IMG/VR virus record: IMGVR_UViG_3300012665_000298
Span: 1 to 32,413 of that record
Source: a virus
Lineage: Duplodnaviria > Caudoviricetes
DNA length: 32,413 nucleotides
Reading direction: 5' to 3' (one strand)
In this document: positions 20,301-28,070 of the stretch, in pieces
How the letters are laid out: each line of letters starts with the position of its first letter
How positions within the stretch are numbered: position 1 is the first letter of the stretch
Position numbers and translations under genes: made by a program
Notes under the pieces: generated by a model
Told to the model about the DNA's origin: nothing
The model's input: the letters and a program-made list of their open reading frames with translations, nothing else
Databases searched by the model: none

Positions 20301-23300
20301 CCTGAGTACGAGAGAGCGTTAAAAGAATACGGTAACAGAGAGTTAGCGTTAGAAGAGGCGTTAGTAGAGTTAATGGCTGTCAAAGGTGACACCATTGCTA
20401 GTGCCGCTAAGAAGTCTCAGTTCTTGGAGTGGATGAACGCTATGTTCAAGTACATTAAAGAGAACTTGACTCGTTCTAAAGACTTTGCTCAGACAAAAAT
20501 CAAAGACTTGACTCTTGACGAGTTTATTAATATTGGATTGGCTGACTTATTCTCAGGACAGAGAGTAAGTGGTAAGTTTGATGCGAGGACCGCTGGGGAG
20601 GCTAGTAGGGCACGTTTCTCAAAGGCGGACAACATATCTAAGATAGTAGATATTGCGGCCAAGAATGGTGTGTCTAACGAAGCCATCAAACTATTGTTGG
20701 CGAGAAGAGGATTCTCTATTAGTGATATCAATGCTGCATTTGTTAAGAAAGCAGCTCCTATTAAAAAAGGAAAGGTTTCTAAGGTTACAGTTAACGAGAA
20801 GACTGCGTTAAAGGATCAGATTAGATTAGAAGCTCGTGCAGCTCGTGAGGCTAAGAAGGATGTAAACGATAAGAGAAAAGACTTAGCTAAGACTATCTCT
20901 GACATGGAGACTACCGGTAAGATTACCACTAAGCAAGCACAGGCATTAATGGCACGTATTAGCAAGCTTAACATGGACAATCCGGCAAAGGTTGATGCAT
21001 TTGTTGAGTACGCGGGTAGAGTATTTGAGAACGCTGAGTTTGCACAGGATGTGGCTAGAGCACGTTCACTACAGTCTAAGGTAAGAAATAACGCTAAGTC
21101 TAAGCTTGGTATCGCTAACGACTTGATCTCTGAGATACTAAAAATGGCATCTATTAATCCATCGTTAATTCCATCTAAGGTATTTGATACCTACATGGAA
21201 ACTATGGAGATGCTTGGTCAAAGAACAACTGTCCTAAAACTTGAGGATAGAGGGGAGCTTACGCAAAAGGTTGCTGACATTTTAGACGCAGTTAACGAGG
21301 AGTTATCTGTAGCCAGTGAAATGGCTGAGCGTTTTGAAGCTTACGACAAGAAAGAGGTTAATAGTGAAGGAAAGATAGACTTTGCTAAGACCTTAGACAA
21401 GATGATAGCTGATGATACGATTACCAAGGAAGATGCTGATATCATGCGTAAGTACAAGTCTGATATAATTGACAAGGAGTCAACTAAGATGACTGAAGAA
21501 GAGCTTGCTAAAGAGAAAAAGACTTTGCTTGAAGTTATTAAAAAAGATGTTATAACTGATGAGGCTATTAGAAACCTACCATCAGAACTAGAACGTAAGT
21601 TAGCTAATTCTATTAAATCATTACTTAAGACTGATGCTGTTAACAGATTGGATAACAGTACGTTAAAGAACTTATTAAAGTTAGTTGACAATATAAATAA
21701 TGGTTTCGTACCTCACTACGCTCAGAAAATGAAGGAGAGATTAACTTCTATTGATAATTCTCCAGTATTAGAGACATCAATCAAGAAAGGAAATCCATTA
21801 AAGGTTAGCTCATTTACGAGCAAGGTTAAGGCCTTATTCACGAATAGAAACTATGTATTGGAAATGATACGTAGCGTGGCACTAGCGAATGTTGATCAAG
21901 TGTTTGGTGACTTTAAAACAAACAACATATTCAAAACAATGTTTGAAGGATCAGCTAAAGGTATCAGTGCATTTAATTCTGAGTTAGCAAGGGTTCAAGA
22001 TAAGCTAGAAGATGCAAGACTCAAGGTAGCCAAGTCATTAGGTCAAGATCCAAACAAGGTAACTATGTCTGCGTTCAAAACAATGACGTACTTGTTACAA
22101 CTTGAGAAAGAATCTAATCCTGACAGCAAGCAAGTAAACAACGCTGTTGACTTTATCAATGCTACTATTGATCAAATTGAGAAGGGAGAATCTATTTATA
22201 CAGAGATGGATGCTGAGTTCTTACAAGATATACTAGATAAGTATACTAAAGAAGGTCAGATAGATACCAATAAGCTTTACAACTCATTTAATTCAGCTGA
22301 GAAAGCTGCTATTAAAACGATACAAGAAGTAAACGACTCTATGACTGAAAAGGCTGTGTACACAGCAGGTATAATTAGAGGTGATAAGATTAATCCAATT
22401 GCTAACTATGTGCCACACGTTGTACTTAAAAAAGTTAAACCTGGAGAGGATATTTCAGGGGCAAGCGATGTAGCTAACTTTAGTGAATCAAGAGAGCCAT
22501 CTACGAAGGCTAAGAACTTAGTTGAACGTACAGGTACTGTTACAGCTATTAGCTTTAACCCATATCAATCTACGCAGAATGCGGCTAAGAATGTATTGTT
22601 AGACTTCCATATGACTGAGCCAATTAGGATAGCAAGAATGACCATAAACGAGACTCGTAAGAGATTGGAAGAAGGTAAGGTAACACCTGAACAAAGAATG
22701 TTCTTGAATGCTATTAGTAACGCATTCGAAGAGGCTACACAAAATGTATTAGCAAATAGCTTCCAACAAAATGAGTTATTAGATAAAGCAGTAGCTTATA
22801 TAGCTAAGGCTGGATATCAAGCTGTGTTAGGTACAAGTGTGACGCGTACTGCATCAGAGTTACTGTCTAACATGAGTGCGGTTGTATTAATGAACCCTGC
22901 TGCATTTGCTGAAGGAGTTAAAAGCTTTAGCAACTTCTCAAATCCTGAGGAAGGACTTGACATCATGTTAAATGTTGGTAGTGCTCAGACTGAGCGTGTT
23001 ATGGGTGGGAATACTCAAGGAGGTATGTTGGTAGATCCTTCTATCATGAAGCGTGCAGTTGGTATGAAAGATACCAAAGCAAAAAATAAGTTAGCTAGTA
23101 CTATGCAGATGATCTATAACAGATCAATCAAGAAAGGTTTAAATGCTACTGAAGGTTTATCAGATATATTGATGTCTTCTCCGGATATGATTGTAACTAG
23201 ACCTACATGGTTTGGATCATTTGCAACTGAATTTGAAAAGGCATCAGGTAAGAAAGCTGACTTTGATAAGATCAAGGCTAACGATGAGGCGTACATGAAT

Positions 23301-24458
23301 GAGAATGCAGATGCTATTAAGGCTGCTAAAGAGAAAGCTGATAAGGCTGTATTCAACTTAAGTGCAACGAATAATGCGTACATGGGATTATTGAAAAACA
23401 ATATATCTCCAGACTCAAAAGGGATTACTAAGGCTGTTAAGGTATTTGATAACTACTTGACTCGATTTACTACATACGAGTACTTAAATTCTCGTACTGC
23501 AATCTATGCGTTAGCAGGTAATGGTATGATTAGCAAGGGAGAGGCTATAAGATTATTAGCAGGTGTTACTACACGTATGATCACATACTCGTTATTAACT
23601 AAATCACTTTCAGCTGTATTGTTAGGATTAATGGGTGGAGATGATGAGGATGACGACAAGACTTTCATGCAAAAGCTTGGTCAAGCTGCGGCATCTGCCG
23701 GGACGACATTGATGCTCGGTAGAAACTTCGGTAATATCTCAAGAAATATCATGGGATATGGTACAGAGAAAATGAATGAGAAGTATCTTACAGCTTTAAG
23801 AGAAGGTGACTACGATGCATACCAAGATGCAATTCAGTACACAGTTGTTCCTCAAGAAAAGAAAGGGGAAATGGGTAAAGGAGTTGACGTAATGGATATG
23901 TACGTTAATATGTTAGGACCTGTAAGTCCATTCGTAAAGAGTCTTGTTTATGGTATTGAGAAGTTAACCGAGAAGGACAGAGTTGCTCCGAAGGCAAGTG
24001 ACAGCGATGCTGTTAAGGCTAAGAGGAAAGAAGCTGTGACTAGACAGCAAAGAGAAAGAAATGAAAGAGTTCCTTTAGAGATTATAGGTACGTTAGGATA
24101 TGTACCATTCTACAAGGATATCAGAAAAGCAGTGAACGAATCAATCTACTCTGATCTTAAGAAATCCCTTAAAGAGCAAGAAGCTAATAAAGAAAAGAAG
24201 GCAGAGATGTTAATGGGTTACGAGAGTAAGACTGACATGGAGGATAGCAATCCTAAGCTTTACGAAAGACTTTATGGTGAAGGTGGTAAGTACTATGCTC
24301 AAGAGGAGATTAGACTAGCTAATGAGAATCTTAAGGAAAGACTTAAGAAAATCGAAAAACAATTAGGTAGTGGTGAGATCGGTAGGACATATGCAAGATC
24401 ACTTCGTAAGGAAGCAATTCGAGATAAAGCGAATAGGATAAAACAAGCTAATAGATAA
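14397..24458 (+). CDS. Giant putative ejection/polyvalent protein with a zincin-like metallopeptidase domain
   Basis: 3353 aa. N-terminal repeats, Gly/Ala hydrophobic segments (~16150-16950 and ~23550-23720), Glu/Pro/Val-rich linker (~17290-18250), HEFGH at 20199-20213 with downstream EEALVE at ~20352, and a long helical C-terminus. Confidence 0.75.
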   Translation: MNEQALNDAYKLFSSKGYSGDINQFKSLMASNGNALNDAHKLFSSKGYSGDVNQFKSLIGVGGQSQVKKKAPSEGLESKKATKGTSVLSLEDFSSVSPSENYNKKSLSQTSKTGQVFKGYPGKGDKEYLFENGRWYEDNSKKQYLEGQIKALEERKSGLKSIESELERKLSAKPIDKAIAEKKKQLSQSNSKNLISDPLRVTALNKHFGKEASTSPSYKTFVGYPGKEKNQYMISGDGNWMRKEPGQKEWHTLTDPTAVTALNRQFKQNVKVLPKDVAKKLTTENKIKTDFNRKIDTVITSKLTDESEESVVDTLTKQFKGSGFTFSQEKIGSDRVLVTAPNGRDKKLIVTDNWTWKEDKEAASDLKAFMRQHGDAAYSKAEQDIAESEGYFLTKDINAKQAALNAGSGQMQPEQRDLKINTDGSIEYADTEQLKQEKKKAVSLDIEERLKAPEVRREYMNQKAAQFDEVRDRYKTKDLSDDDLKYAYAQIKSDDKEIKRTNDFVTDINKYTKDYNKSKEFHEGYVEDIQSKLRSGEITMEQYEAEYKPKIEEEDARLKSQSADISKDLSNLPKVQLAMDKSVAQNFIIAESKGSIAGGMTYNFAKGLTDITRFFGVSKEEQDKMIREATGILTTEEFMNSGDRSDISKAMFSITESLGAGIYKAVPGIGQALTAASLYSMGYYELKDDLDSAVGKDGKPLDISERDKIVMSGLYGAASAALESIGLDAVLGKSKIVNGVTNRIIKNALKSIPRNASKEFIEAAINSSAKAYAANFATKTLITQATEGVTEAAQNLAMASTKEVYDQLNETDYFNNKSGWEIAKDAMYDGYLGALGAGVTHVATQAPQAIKLGVNSVYKKPEIEMLIQSAKTVGMDQALITNLKASILKGKVSKEEAKDILNSFQTVQSKVESMTPNLSVDQQSVTLDLMLEKDRISKEIEGKDPNLVVVQKARIGEIDKQIQKIGEDAVQKQATSEVPVQSETGVGEKVEGGVPQPTTEQVTEEVVGEEVESEQAQTEVTKQEALNKERSKWEQLSQSNKKGVAQSAAQALEAFDENPVEFVKRELSGFEEGSKEYNEYKNLYDLLTAEAPVVETATTEAVSSKTQETAPSTESELDFEVTPEVNQEADALEKLLADEGITVEAPVVEQPVAEEAVVEQPMAEEVAVEEEAVVEEIPSQPVSEMPLTNVDLKSLNQEKINSIYEALPKETKEKYFPAGVDGIKSSRFVSNLKSALGEVKAIKAIRQEAAPVSEPSGKTGQLPITEEAPVAEAKPTAKPKTAKKLTVKEIVQKYSDHIDSLIKAEKEKSDRKIVQLDNQKNSAREERRRELNQEIENLKIDFIAKKISLEKKKNDKQAAKDFNENPARFRMSEGTQEEADTRNDEDAIVAKMNEASAEEKGLTRGEVPESVEVNPIEESSSLSKGLDKVLKFLGLKDKNSLLKKIEDFNGIPMILGMSDMLAAGTIKDSMGGDMVVDGGLLYNTLGKNVGLAWAGVTEDGANNQVKQARELYEANKELFDRLWAEGKIPQGHVPMAIMRMGNTAVNSNEAVFRYLLPLVKSLPLKNRTAALRTYMQTLQSKAEGNAASYWFTELDEQMEMGNVASKEDVISYLDKLIEEENKKEVPLKAKVDKINSFRNAIKKNKDGQERTFDDIREDLNERLEKIVPVMLASYIKSNKIKTLDGFLEAVVNESKKRAQGDKNIFSLPVRSFIFNSLVSPESTKGANSLAVIKTLLDGVKKADPTIFTARHIYDAIGEKSMLKANQGDVVGIMGIKVVDENGNPAGGAKKADHNNYGYGPEGRVIALIKNPKQGIDVFPEFRAKLARVFKPSKTGVYPKIDNAIQQTGGAFFMDAAFRGTAPAVDAMSDLKVLIGKLRFAFPEVSVATTQEEFDNFLEQEGIRAREKDGKVIYGVTKDGRIFLNPTEQTLRTPIHEFGHIWIDYLRSTASGKKGDMLLQKGFELVDGTPEYERALKEYGNRELALEEALVELMAVKGDTIASAAKKSQFLEWMNAMFKYIKENLTRSKDFAQTKIKDLTLDEFINIGLADLFSGQRVSGKFDARTAGEASRARFSKADNISKIVDIAAKNGVSNEAIKLLLARRGFSISDINAAFVKKAAPIKKGKVSKVTVNEKTALKDQIRLEARAAREAKKDVNDKRKDLAKTISDMETTGKITTKQAQALMARISKLNMDNPAKVDAFVEYAGRVFENAEFAQDVARARSLQSKVRNNAKSKLGIANDLISEILKMASINPSLIPSKVFDTYMETMEMLGQRTTVLKLEDRGELTQKVADILDAVNEELSVASEMAERFEAYDKKEVNSEGKIDFAKTLDKMIADDTITKEDADIMRKYKSDIIDKESTKMTEEELAKEKKTLLEVIKKDVITDEAIRNLPSELERKLANSIKSLLKTDAVNRLDNSTLKNLLKLVDNINNGFVPHYAQKMKERLTSIDNSPVLETSIKKGNPLKVSSFTSKVKALFTNRNYVLEMIRSVALANVDQVFGDFKTNNIFKTMFEGSAKGISAFNSELARVQDKLEDARLKVAKSLGQDPNKVTMSAFKTMTYLLQLEKESNPDSKQVNNAVDFINATIDQIEKGESIYTEMDAEFLQDILDKYTKEGQIDTNKLYNSFNSAEKAAIKTIQEVNDSMTEKAVYTAGIIRGDKINPIANYVPHVVLKKVKPGEDISGASDVANFSESREPSTKAKNLVERTGTVTAISFNPYQSTQNAAKNVLLDFHMTEPIRIARMTINETRKRLEEGKVTPEQRMFLNAISNAFEEATQNVLANSFQQNELLDKAVAYIAKAGYQAVLGTSVTRTASELLSNMSAVVLMNPAAFAEGVKSFSNFSNPEEGLDIMLNVGSAQTERVMGGNTQGGMLVDPSIMKRAVGMKDTKAKNKLASTMQMIYNRSIKKGLNATEGLSDILMSSPDMIVTRPTWFGSFATEFEKASGKKADFDKIKANDEAYMNENADAIKAAKEKADKAVFNLSATNNAYMGLLKNNISPDSKGITKAVKVFDNYLTRFTTYEYLNSRTAIYALAGNGMISKGEAIRLLAGVTTRMITYSLLTKSLSAVLLGLMGGDDEDDDKTFMQKLGQAAASAGTTLMLGRNFGNISRNIMGYGTEKMNEKYLTALREGDYDAYQDAIQYTVVPQEKKGEMGKGVDVMDMYVNMLGPVSPFVKSLVYGIEKLTEKDRVAPKASDSDAVKAKRKEAVTRQQRERNERVPLEIIGTLGYVPFYKDIRKAVNESIYSDLKKSLKEQEANKEKKAEMLMGYESKTDMEDSNPKLYERLYGEGGKYYAQEEIRLANENLKERLKKIEKQLGSGEIGRTYARSLRKEAIRDKANRIKQANR
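14413..14572 (+). repeat. Tandem intragenic duplication, 90-nt period (ALNDA[YH]KLFSSKGYSGD[IV]NQFKSL x2)
   Basis: 14413-14482 and 14503-14572 are near-identical; most differences are synonymous. Confidence 0.9.
14597..14707 (+). other. Candidate programmed -1 frameshift/slippage cassette (A10 and A7 runs) with an overlapping -1 frame
   Basis: GTA AAA AAA AAA GCT (14595-14609) and TCA AAA AAA GCT (14628-14639). The -1 frame reads SSFRRIGIKKSYEGNFGIIFGRFFIGISVRKLQ* with stop at 14705-14707. Confidence 0.55.
17299..17475 (+). CDS. Nested (+1 frame) small basic protein, MPFKS... family
   Basis: 58 aa MPFKSKQQVKFLFSQKPELAKKWREEYPNQPLSKLPKK..., resembling a small phage protein family I recall as stand-alone genes. 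A-rich leader with A at -3. The host-frame codons here are atypical (GCC, ACC, GGC, CCC). Confidence 0.65.
   Translation: MPFKSKQQVKFLFSQKPELAKKWREEYPNQPLSKLPKKLSEKKLKVSKLKQRSLNKKR
17835..17894 (+). repeat. 30-nt tandem repeat encoding VVEQP[VM]AEE[AV] in the acidic linker
   Basis: GTGGTAGAACAACCTGTGGCTGAAGAGGCA followed by GTAGTTGAACAGCCTATGGCTGAAGAAGTT. Confidence 0.7.
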
Positions 24459-24459
24459 G

Positions 24460-24481
24460 AGTAGTGCCGAAAGGCACTACT
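24460..24481. terminator. Hairpin at the convergence of the two transcription units (probable bidirectional terminator)
   Basis: Perfect 9-bp stem AGTAGTGCC-GAAA-GGCACTACT filling the gap between two convergent stop codons. U-tracts are weak on both strands. Confidence 0.7.
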
Positions 24482-24669
24482 TAAAAGTCATCGTGCTCTA
24501 TAGACTTTAAGAGCATACGTAGCTCGGAAATAACGGATATGATATCCTTGTCGACCTTGTGAAACTCACGGTCAACTAACTTTTCATAGATATCTGCTAA
24601 GGACTTATGACATATGTCAATTGTGAAGGCGATGCGCCTTGCTCTGTCCATTTCGTTATTCCCCTCCAT
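24481..24669 (-). CDS. Small hypothetical helical protein
   Basis: 62 aa, last gene of the tightly packed minus-strand operon. Confidence 0.6.
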   Translation of the reverse strand: MEGNNEMDRARRIAFTIDICHKSLADIYEKLVDREFHKVDKDIISVISELRMLLKSIEHDDF

Positions 24670-24673
24670 ACGC

Positions 24674-25222
24674 TTATCTCATTACAAGACTATTAAAAAA
24701 ATTATTCAACTTCGATTCTACGTGTTCCTCTTGTCCGATAGGTGTTCTATCGTTGATTAGCCAAAGGATTTTCTGTAGCCGATCATACTTTAGTTTGTCA
24801 CTTAAGTACTTTTGATTCTCCAAAGATAACTTTTCTATTTGTTTGTGCAACATCATTGAGTTATTTATTATCTTAATCTCCTGATTATCTTTTATCTTAG
24901 GTATGATGTCATTAAGTTTTTCTTTAAGGTATATATACATCTCACGGAACTCTGTACTACTACTAAACAACCAATCAAAGTTCTTCATGTAGTGTATAAT
25001 AGTTGAATGGTCTTTACCAATAGGCACACCAATAGACTTAAATGAATAGTTATATTCACGTGCAATCTTTGCATATATAATCCTTGCATCTACAAGGTTT
25101 CTCTTTCTTGAGTCACCATATATATTGATATCTAGCTCACCCTCAACAACTATCTTGATCGCCTCTAACTTAGTCTTGGGGCTGATCTCCTCTAAATACT
25201 TCTGTTCTGATTCCATGTTCAT
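24674..25222 (-). CDS. DnaA C-terminal (domain IV)-like HTH DNA-binding protein with a coiled-coil tail
   Basis: SRKRNLVDAR...YSFKSIG..IGKDHSTIIHY matches the DnaA domain IV signature (R...AR...S...IG..F..RDHTTV.H). No AAA+ domain. Confidence 0.8.
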   Translation of the reverse strand: MNMESEQKYLEEISPKTKLEAIKIVVEGELDINIYGDSRKRNLVDARIIYAKIAREYNYSFKSIGVPIGKDHSTIIHYMKNFDWLFSSSTEFREMYIYLKEKLNDIIPKIKDNQEIKIINNSMMLHKQIEKLSLENQKYLSDKLKYDRLQKILWLINDRTPIGQEEHVESKLNNFFNSLVMR

Positions 25223-25424
25223 TTAATTCTTTAATTCTAAATTCTTGTAACTTACTTAATTTTCCATCCGGACGCTTGACCTCGCTGAACAGCACACCTG
25301 TGTTAGGTGGTATAGCGATAAGGTCCGGGATACCGTTCTTATTAGTCTTGATGAGCTTTATGACGTAGTAACCTTCAGCCTCAAGTTCCTTTATACGCTT
25401 GGCTTGTATCTGCTGTTCGGTCAT
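25170..25424 (-). CDS. VRR-NUC family (PD-(D/E)xK) nuclease
   Basis: E..IQ...GIPDL...F.EVK...GKLSKLQ motif set in 84 aa. Confidence 0.85.
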   Translation of the reverse strand: MTEQQIQAKRIKELEAEGYYVIKLIKTNKNGIPDLIAIPPNTGVLFSEVKRPDGKLSKLQEFRIKELNEHGIRTEVFRGDQPQD

Positions 25425-25669
25425 AGCTCAAATAGTTCTCTACGGGTTATTTCTAATTGCTCAAGCTCTTTAGTAAGCTGAGCCTTTAATAGATTTAAAG
25501 CAACTTTATAATCAACATAACACGGTTGATCACGAATTGTAATCCATTCATATGTAAAACAAATTGACTCCATTTTTTCAATTACTTTTTCAATCTGCTC
25601 TACTCTTTCCTCATTTTCAATTATCAATTGAATAAGAAGTTCTCCTTTTCTAAATTGTTCTACTGTCAT
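25421..25669 (-). CDS. Hypothetical protein
   Basis: 82 aa, ATGA overlap with the downstream gene, AT-rich. Confidence 0.65.
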   Translation of the reverse strand: MTVEQFRKGELLIQLIIENEERVEQIEKVIEKMESICFTYEWITIRDQPCYVDYKVALNLLKAQLTKELEQLEITRRELFEL

Positions 25670-25675
25670 AGGTTT

Positions 25676-25888
25676 CTAATTTAATTTTGGTAAATCATAA
25701 TCAATTCTACTACCATCTGATGATATTTCAGCAATTAACAAACCAACTACTTTGCAATAACCGATATTGTTGTCGCAATAATTTTGAGCATCATCAAAAC
25801 TAATTCCTTTAACATGAGGTCCTTGCCATAATTTCAACTCATTTGTATGAGGATTGATTGCTTTTATTTCTGTAACATATAAGTTCAT
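25676..25888 (-). CDS. Hypothetical protein
   Basis: 70 aa, ATGA overlap with the upstream gene, globular-looking sequence. Confidence 0.65.
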   Translation of the reverse strand: MNLYVTEIKAINPHTNELKLWQGPHVKGISFDDAQNYCDNNIGYCKVVGLLIAEISSDGSRIDYDLPKLN

Positions 25889-26166
25889 TTTGCTTCAATT
25901 TTAAATAATTGTTTTTGTAGTCTTATGTTATGCTCAACTACCTTATTACATTCCTTTCGGCTTTTCTCTAGCTGTTTCTCTAAGTTATTAATTCTACCTT
26001 CAAGAGAGATAAAGGTCTCTTCCTTTACCTTTCTTCCTGTGTATTCCTTAAGCTTATCTTCTAGTTCAGAGATGTAAGAGTTTGACTTTCCAAGTTTAAT
26101 TCTCAACTGCTTGATTACTTCGTAATCGGGCACCTTCATTAGACCTGACCATTCTTGATCTTTCAT
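25885..26166 (-). CDS. Hypothetical coiled-coil protein
   Basis: 93 aa with a heptad pattern and ATGA overlaps at both ends. Confidence 0.65.
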   Translation of the reverse strand: MKDQEWSGLMKVPDYEVIKQLRIKLGKSNSYISELEDKLKEYTGRKVKEETFISLEGRINNLEKQLEKSRKECNKVVEHNIRLQKQLFKIEAK

Positions 26167-26420
26167 AACTTTTCGATTTCGTTTTTAACTTCTTTCCAAT
26201 ACTGAACTGATAAAGACATAGATAAGTATATACTTGCATATCTTTCATCAGATCCTTTAGTATAGTGGTTTATTAACTGCTTAGTTGACTCTATACACTC
26301 ATCAACTGTTATTAATGCACATTGTTTGGCTAAATCTTCACACATCCAAGAACCATCTTGAGCATTACTACTTAAAGTTAATTTCTCTACTAATTGTTTT
26401 GCTTTTTCCTTCGGTGTCAT
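26163..26420 (-). CDS. MTPKEKA-family small protein, copy 2
   Basis: MTPKEKA...AKQCALITVDE...YWKEVKNEIEKL; paralog of the adjacent gene. Confidence 0.8.
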   Translation of the reverse strand: MTPKEKAKQLVEKLTLSSNAQDGSWMCEDLAKQCALITVDECIESTKQLINHYTKGSDERYASIYLSMSLSVQYWKEVKNEIEKL

Positions 26421-26638
26421 AACTTTTCGATTTCTTGTTTAACTTCTTTCCAATGATCAACCTGAGTAGTGTAGTTTTCATGTACTTCATCGTAATCTTC
26501 ACAGCACTTGATTACCATATCAACTGCAATAATTGCAAGTCTCTTAGGTAACTCTAATGGAAAATTAATATCTGTTTCATTAATAACTTCATCTAGATAT
26601 CTATCTACAAGTCTTACTGCTTTTTCTTTTGGTGTCAT
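26417..26638 (-). CDS. MTPKEKA-family small protein, copy 1
   Basis: MTPKEKA...PKRLAIIAVD...HWKEVKQEIEKL; paralog of the adjacent gene. Confidence 0.8.
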   Translation of the reverse strand: MTPKEKAVRLVDRYLDEVINETDINFPLELPKRLAIIAVDMVIKCCEDYDEVHENYTTQVDHWKEVKQEIEKL

Positions 26639-28068
26639 AATAATTTTTTAAAATGTGTAACTGTAAAATCTTTCTTTGCCGATACGGCTTTGTATATCTC
26701 CTTCTCGATACCTCCCTTGGAGAACAACCAATACACTTTATTGTACTTGCGTTCCTTGGTAGTCATCCTGTCGCGTGATTGCCAGTAGCTTGTAGCACTG
26801 AAGTCGATGTTGTAGTATACCAAGTAGTCAGCGTTCTTTAACGATATGCCCTCACGTCCTGAGACGATCTGCAATGCTATCACCTGATAGCCTTCGTTGT
26901 CAAACTTGTCTAGCTCAGTTGTCAACTTTTCTGCGCCAAAAACTTGACGCAATGCCTTAAGCTCTTCCTTGAACTTATAGAAGACTCCAATCCTTTGGGT
27001 AGGGAACTTCCACTTCAAGAACTCTGCCTTGCTCAGGTCAATTATCATAGAGTTACCACTCTCGAACTTGATGGTGCCACTGCATAGCTGATGTACTTTC
27101 TGCATAAGCTTAACCGGTGTGTCAGCTAGGATTATCTCTTCCTTCCCCTCGATCACCAAGTCTTTCTTAAGCTTCTTGATCATCGCGTAGGTCGAAGGCT
27201 TCATGCTAACGTACAGCACCTCCTCTTCTACTTCACTATCAAAGCCTGCTTCTTTCTGCGTGTAGCTTATCATATAAGGCTTCATTAGCTCAAGGATAGA
27301 TGGCTTTCCATCTGAGTAGTCTCTGATGCGTAGGCTGTTGATCATTCGCTCCTTCACGTTCACGTGCTCGTTTGCAAACTTGTAGAACGTAGGGCATCCT
27401 CTAAACGGATTGCCAGGGATTGCGCTCACTTGGTGGTACATCTGTGAGTAGGACTCCGGGGTTGGTGTACCTGACAGCAAGATAACGTAAGGCTTATTGA
27501 TCCTGATGAACTCAGCTACAATCTTCGCTCTGTTACTTGCCTTAGGAAACGCACCCATACCATGTGCCTCATCCAATATAATGACATCGTATCCAATCTT
27601 ATCAATCGTGTGAAGGCTCTCATAGTTGATAACGTCTAACGCGTAATCAGGTGATAATAAGTCGTAGTCTCTTTGTATCGTTGATATGGCTTTTTTCTTG
27701 GTTACAAATAAAACTCTCACAGGCTCCAATAGCTCGCATATGCCGAGACTTGTCAGTGTTTTGCCTGTCCTTACTTCCATAGCTAAGTAAACGAACTTAG
27801 AAGTGCTTAAAATGCCGTAGGCTTTTTGAATAATTTCTTTCTGATAATCTCTAAATTCTATCTTCATCTTCTTGTAGTGTTCAATACTATCCTTTACTTT
27901 TTTAATTGGCTCGTCCATGTTGCGGTACATCGGCATCTCTGTAGTCACAGTGTTCCTACCTCTGCCTGAGGTAACCATCTTGGTCTTGCTCATTACCTTA
28001 AAGACTGCGTTAAGTTGATCAAGCATCATCTTGTTGCTGTATCCTGGTATTCTATCTATTTCCTTCAT
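26635..28068 (-). CDS. SF2 (SNF2-like) DNA helicase
   Basis: Walker A MEVRTGKT, DEAH, LSGTP, GREGISL and a motif VI variant YWQSRDR. Start placed at ATG 28068, just after the upstream stop; an alternative start is ATG 27867 (MKIEFRDYQ). Confidence 0.85.
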   Translation of the reverse strand: MKEIDRIPGYSNKMMLDQLNAVFKVMSKTKMVTSGRGRNTVTTEMPMYRNMDEPIKKVKDSIEHYKKMKIEFRDYQKEIIQKAYGILSTSKFVYLAMEVRTGKTLTSLGICELLEPVRVLFVTKKKAISTIQRDYDLLSPDYALDVINYESLHTIDKIGYDVIILDEAHGMGAFPKASNRAKIVAEFIRINKPYVILLSGTPTPESYSQMYHQVSAIPGNPFRGCPTFYKFANEHVNVKERMINSLRIRDYSDGKPSILELMKPYMISYTQKEAGFDSEVEEEVLYVSMKPSTYAMIKKLKKDLVIEGKEEIILADTPVKLMQKVHQLCSGTIKFESGNSMIIDLSKAEFLKWKFPTQRIGVFYKFKEELKALRQVFGAEKLTTELDKFDNEGYQVIALQIVSGREGISLKNADYLVYYNIDFSATSYWQSRDRMTTKERKYNKVYWLFSKGGIEKEIYKAVSAKKDFTVTHFKKLL

Positions 28069-28070
28069 AG

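Noticed and set aside
23255-23275. ADFDK in the giant protein as a possible RNAP catalytic loop
   Set aside because: Lacks the third Asp of DFDxD and lies in a helical context.
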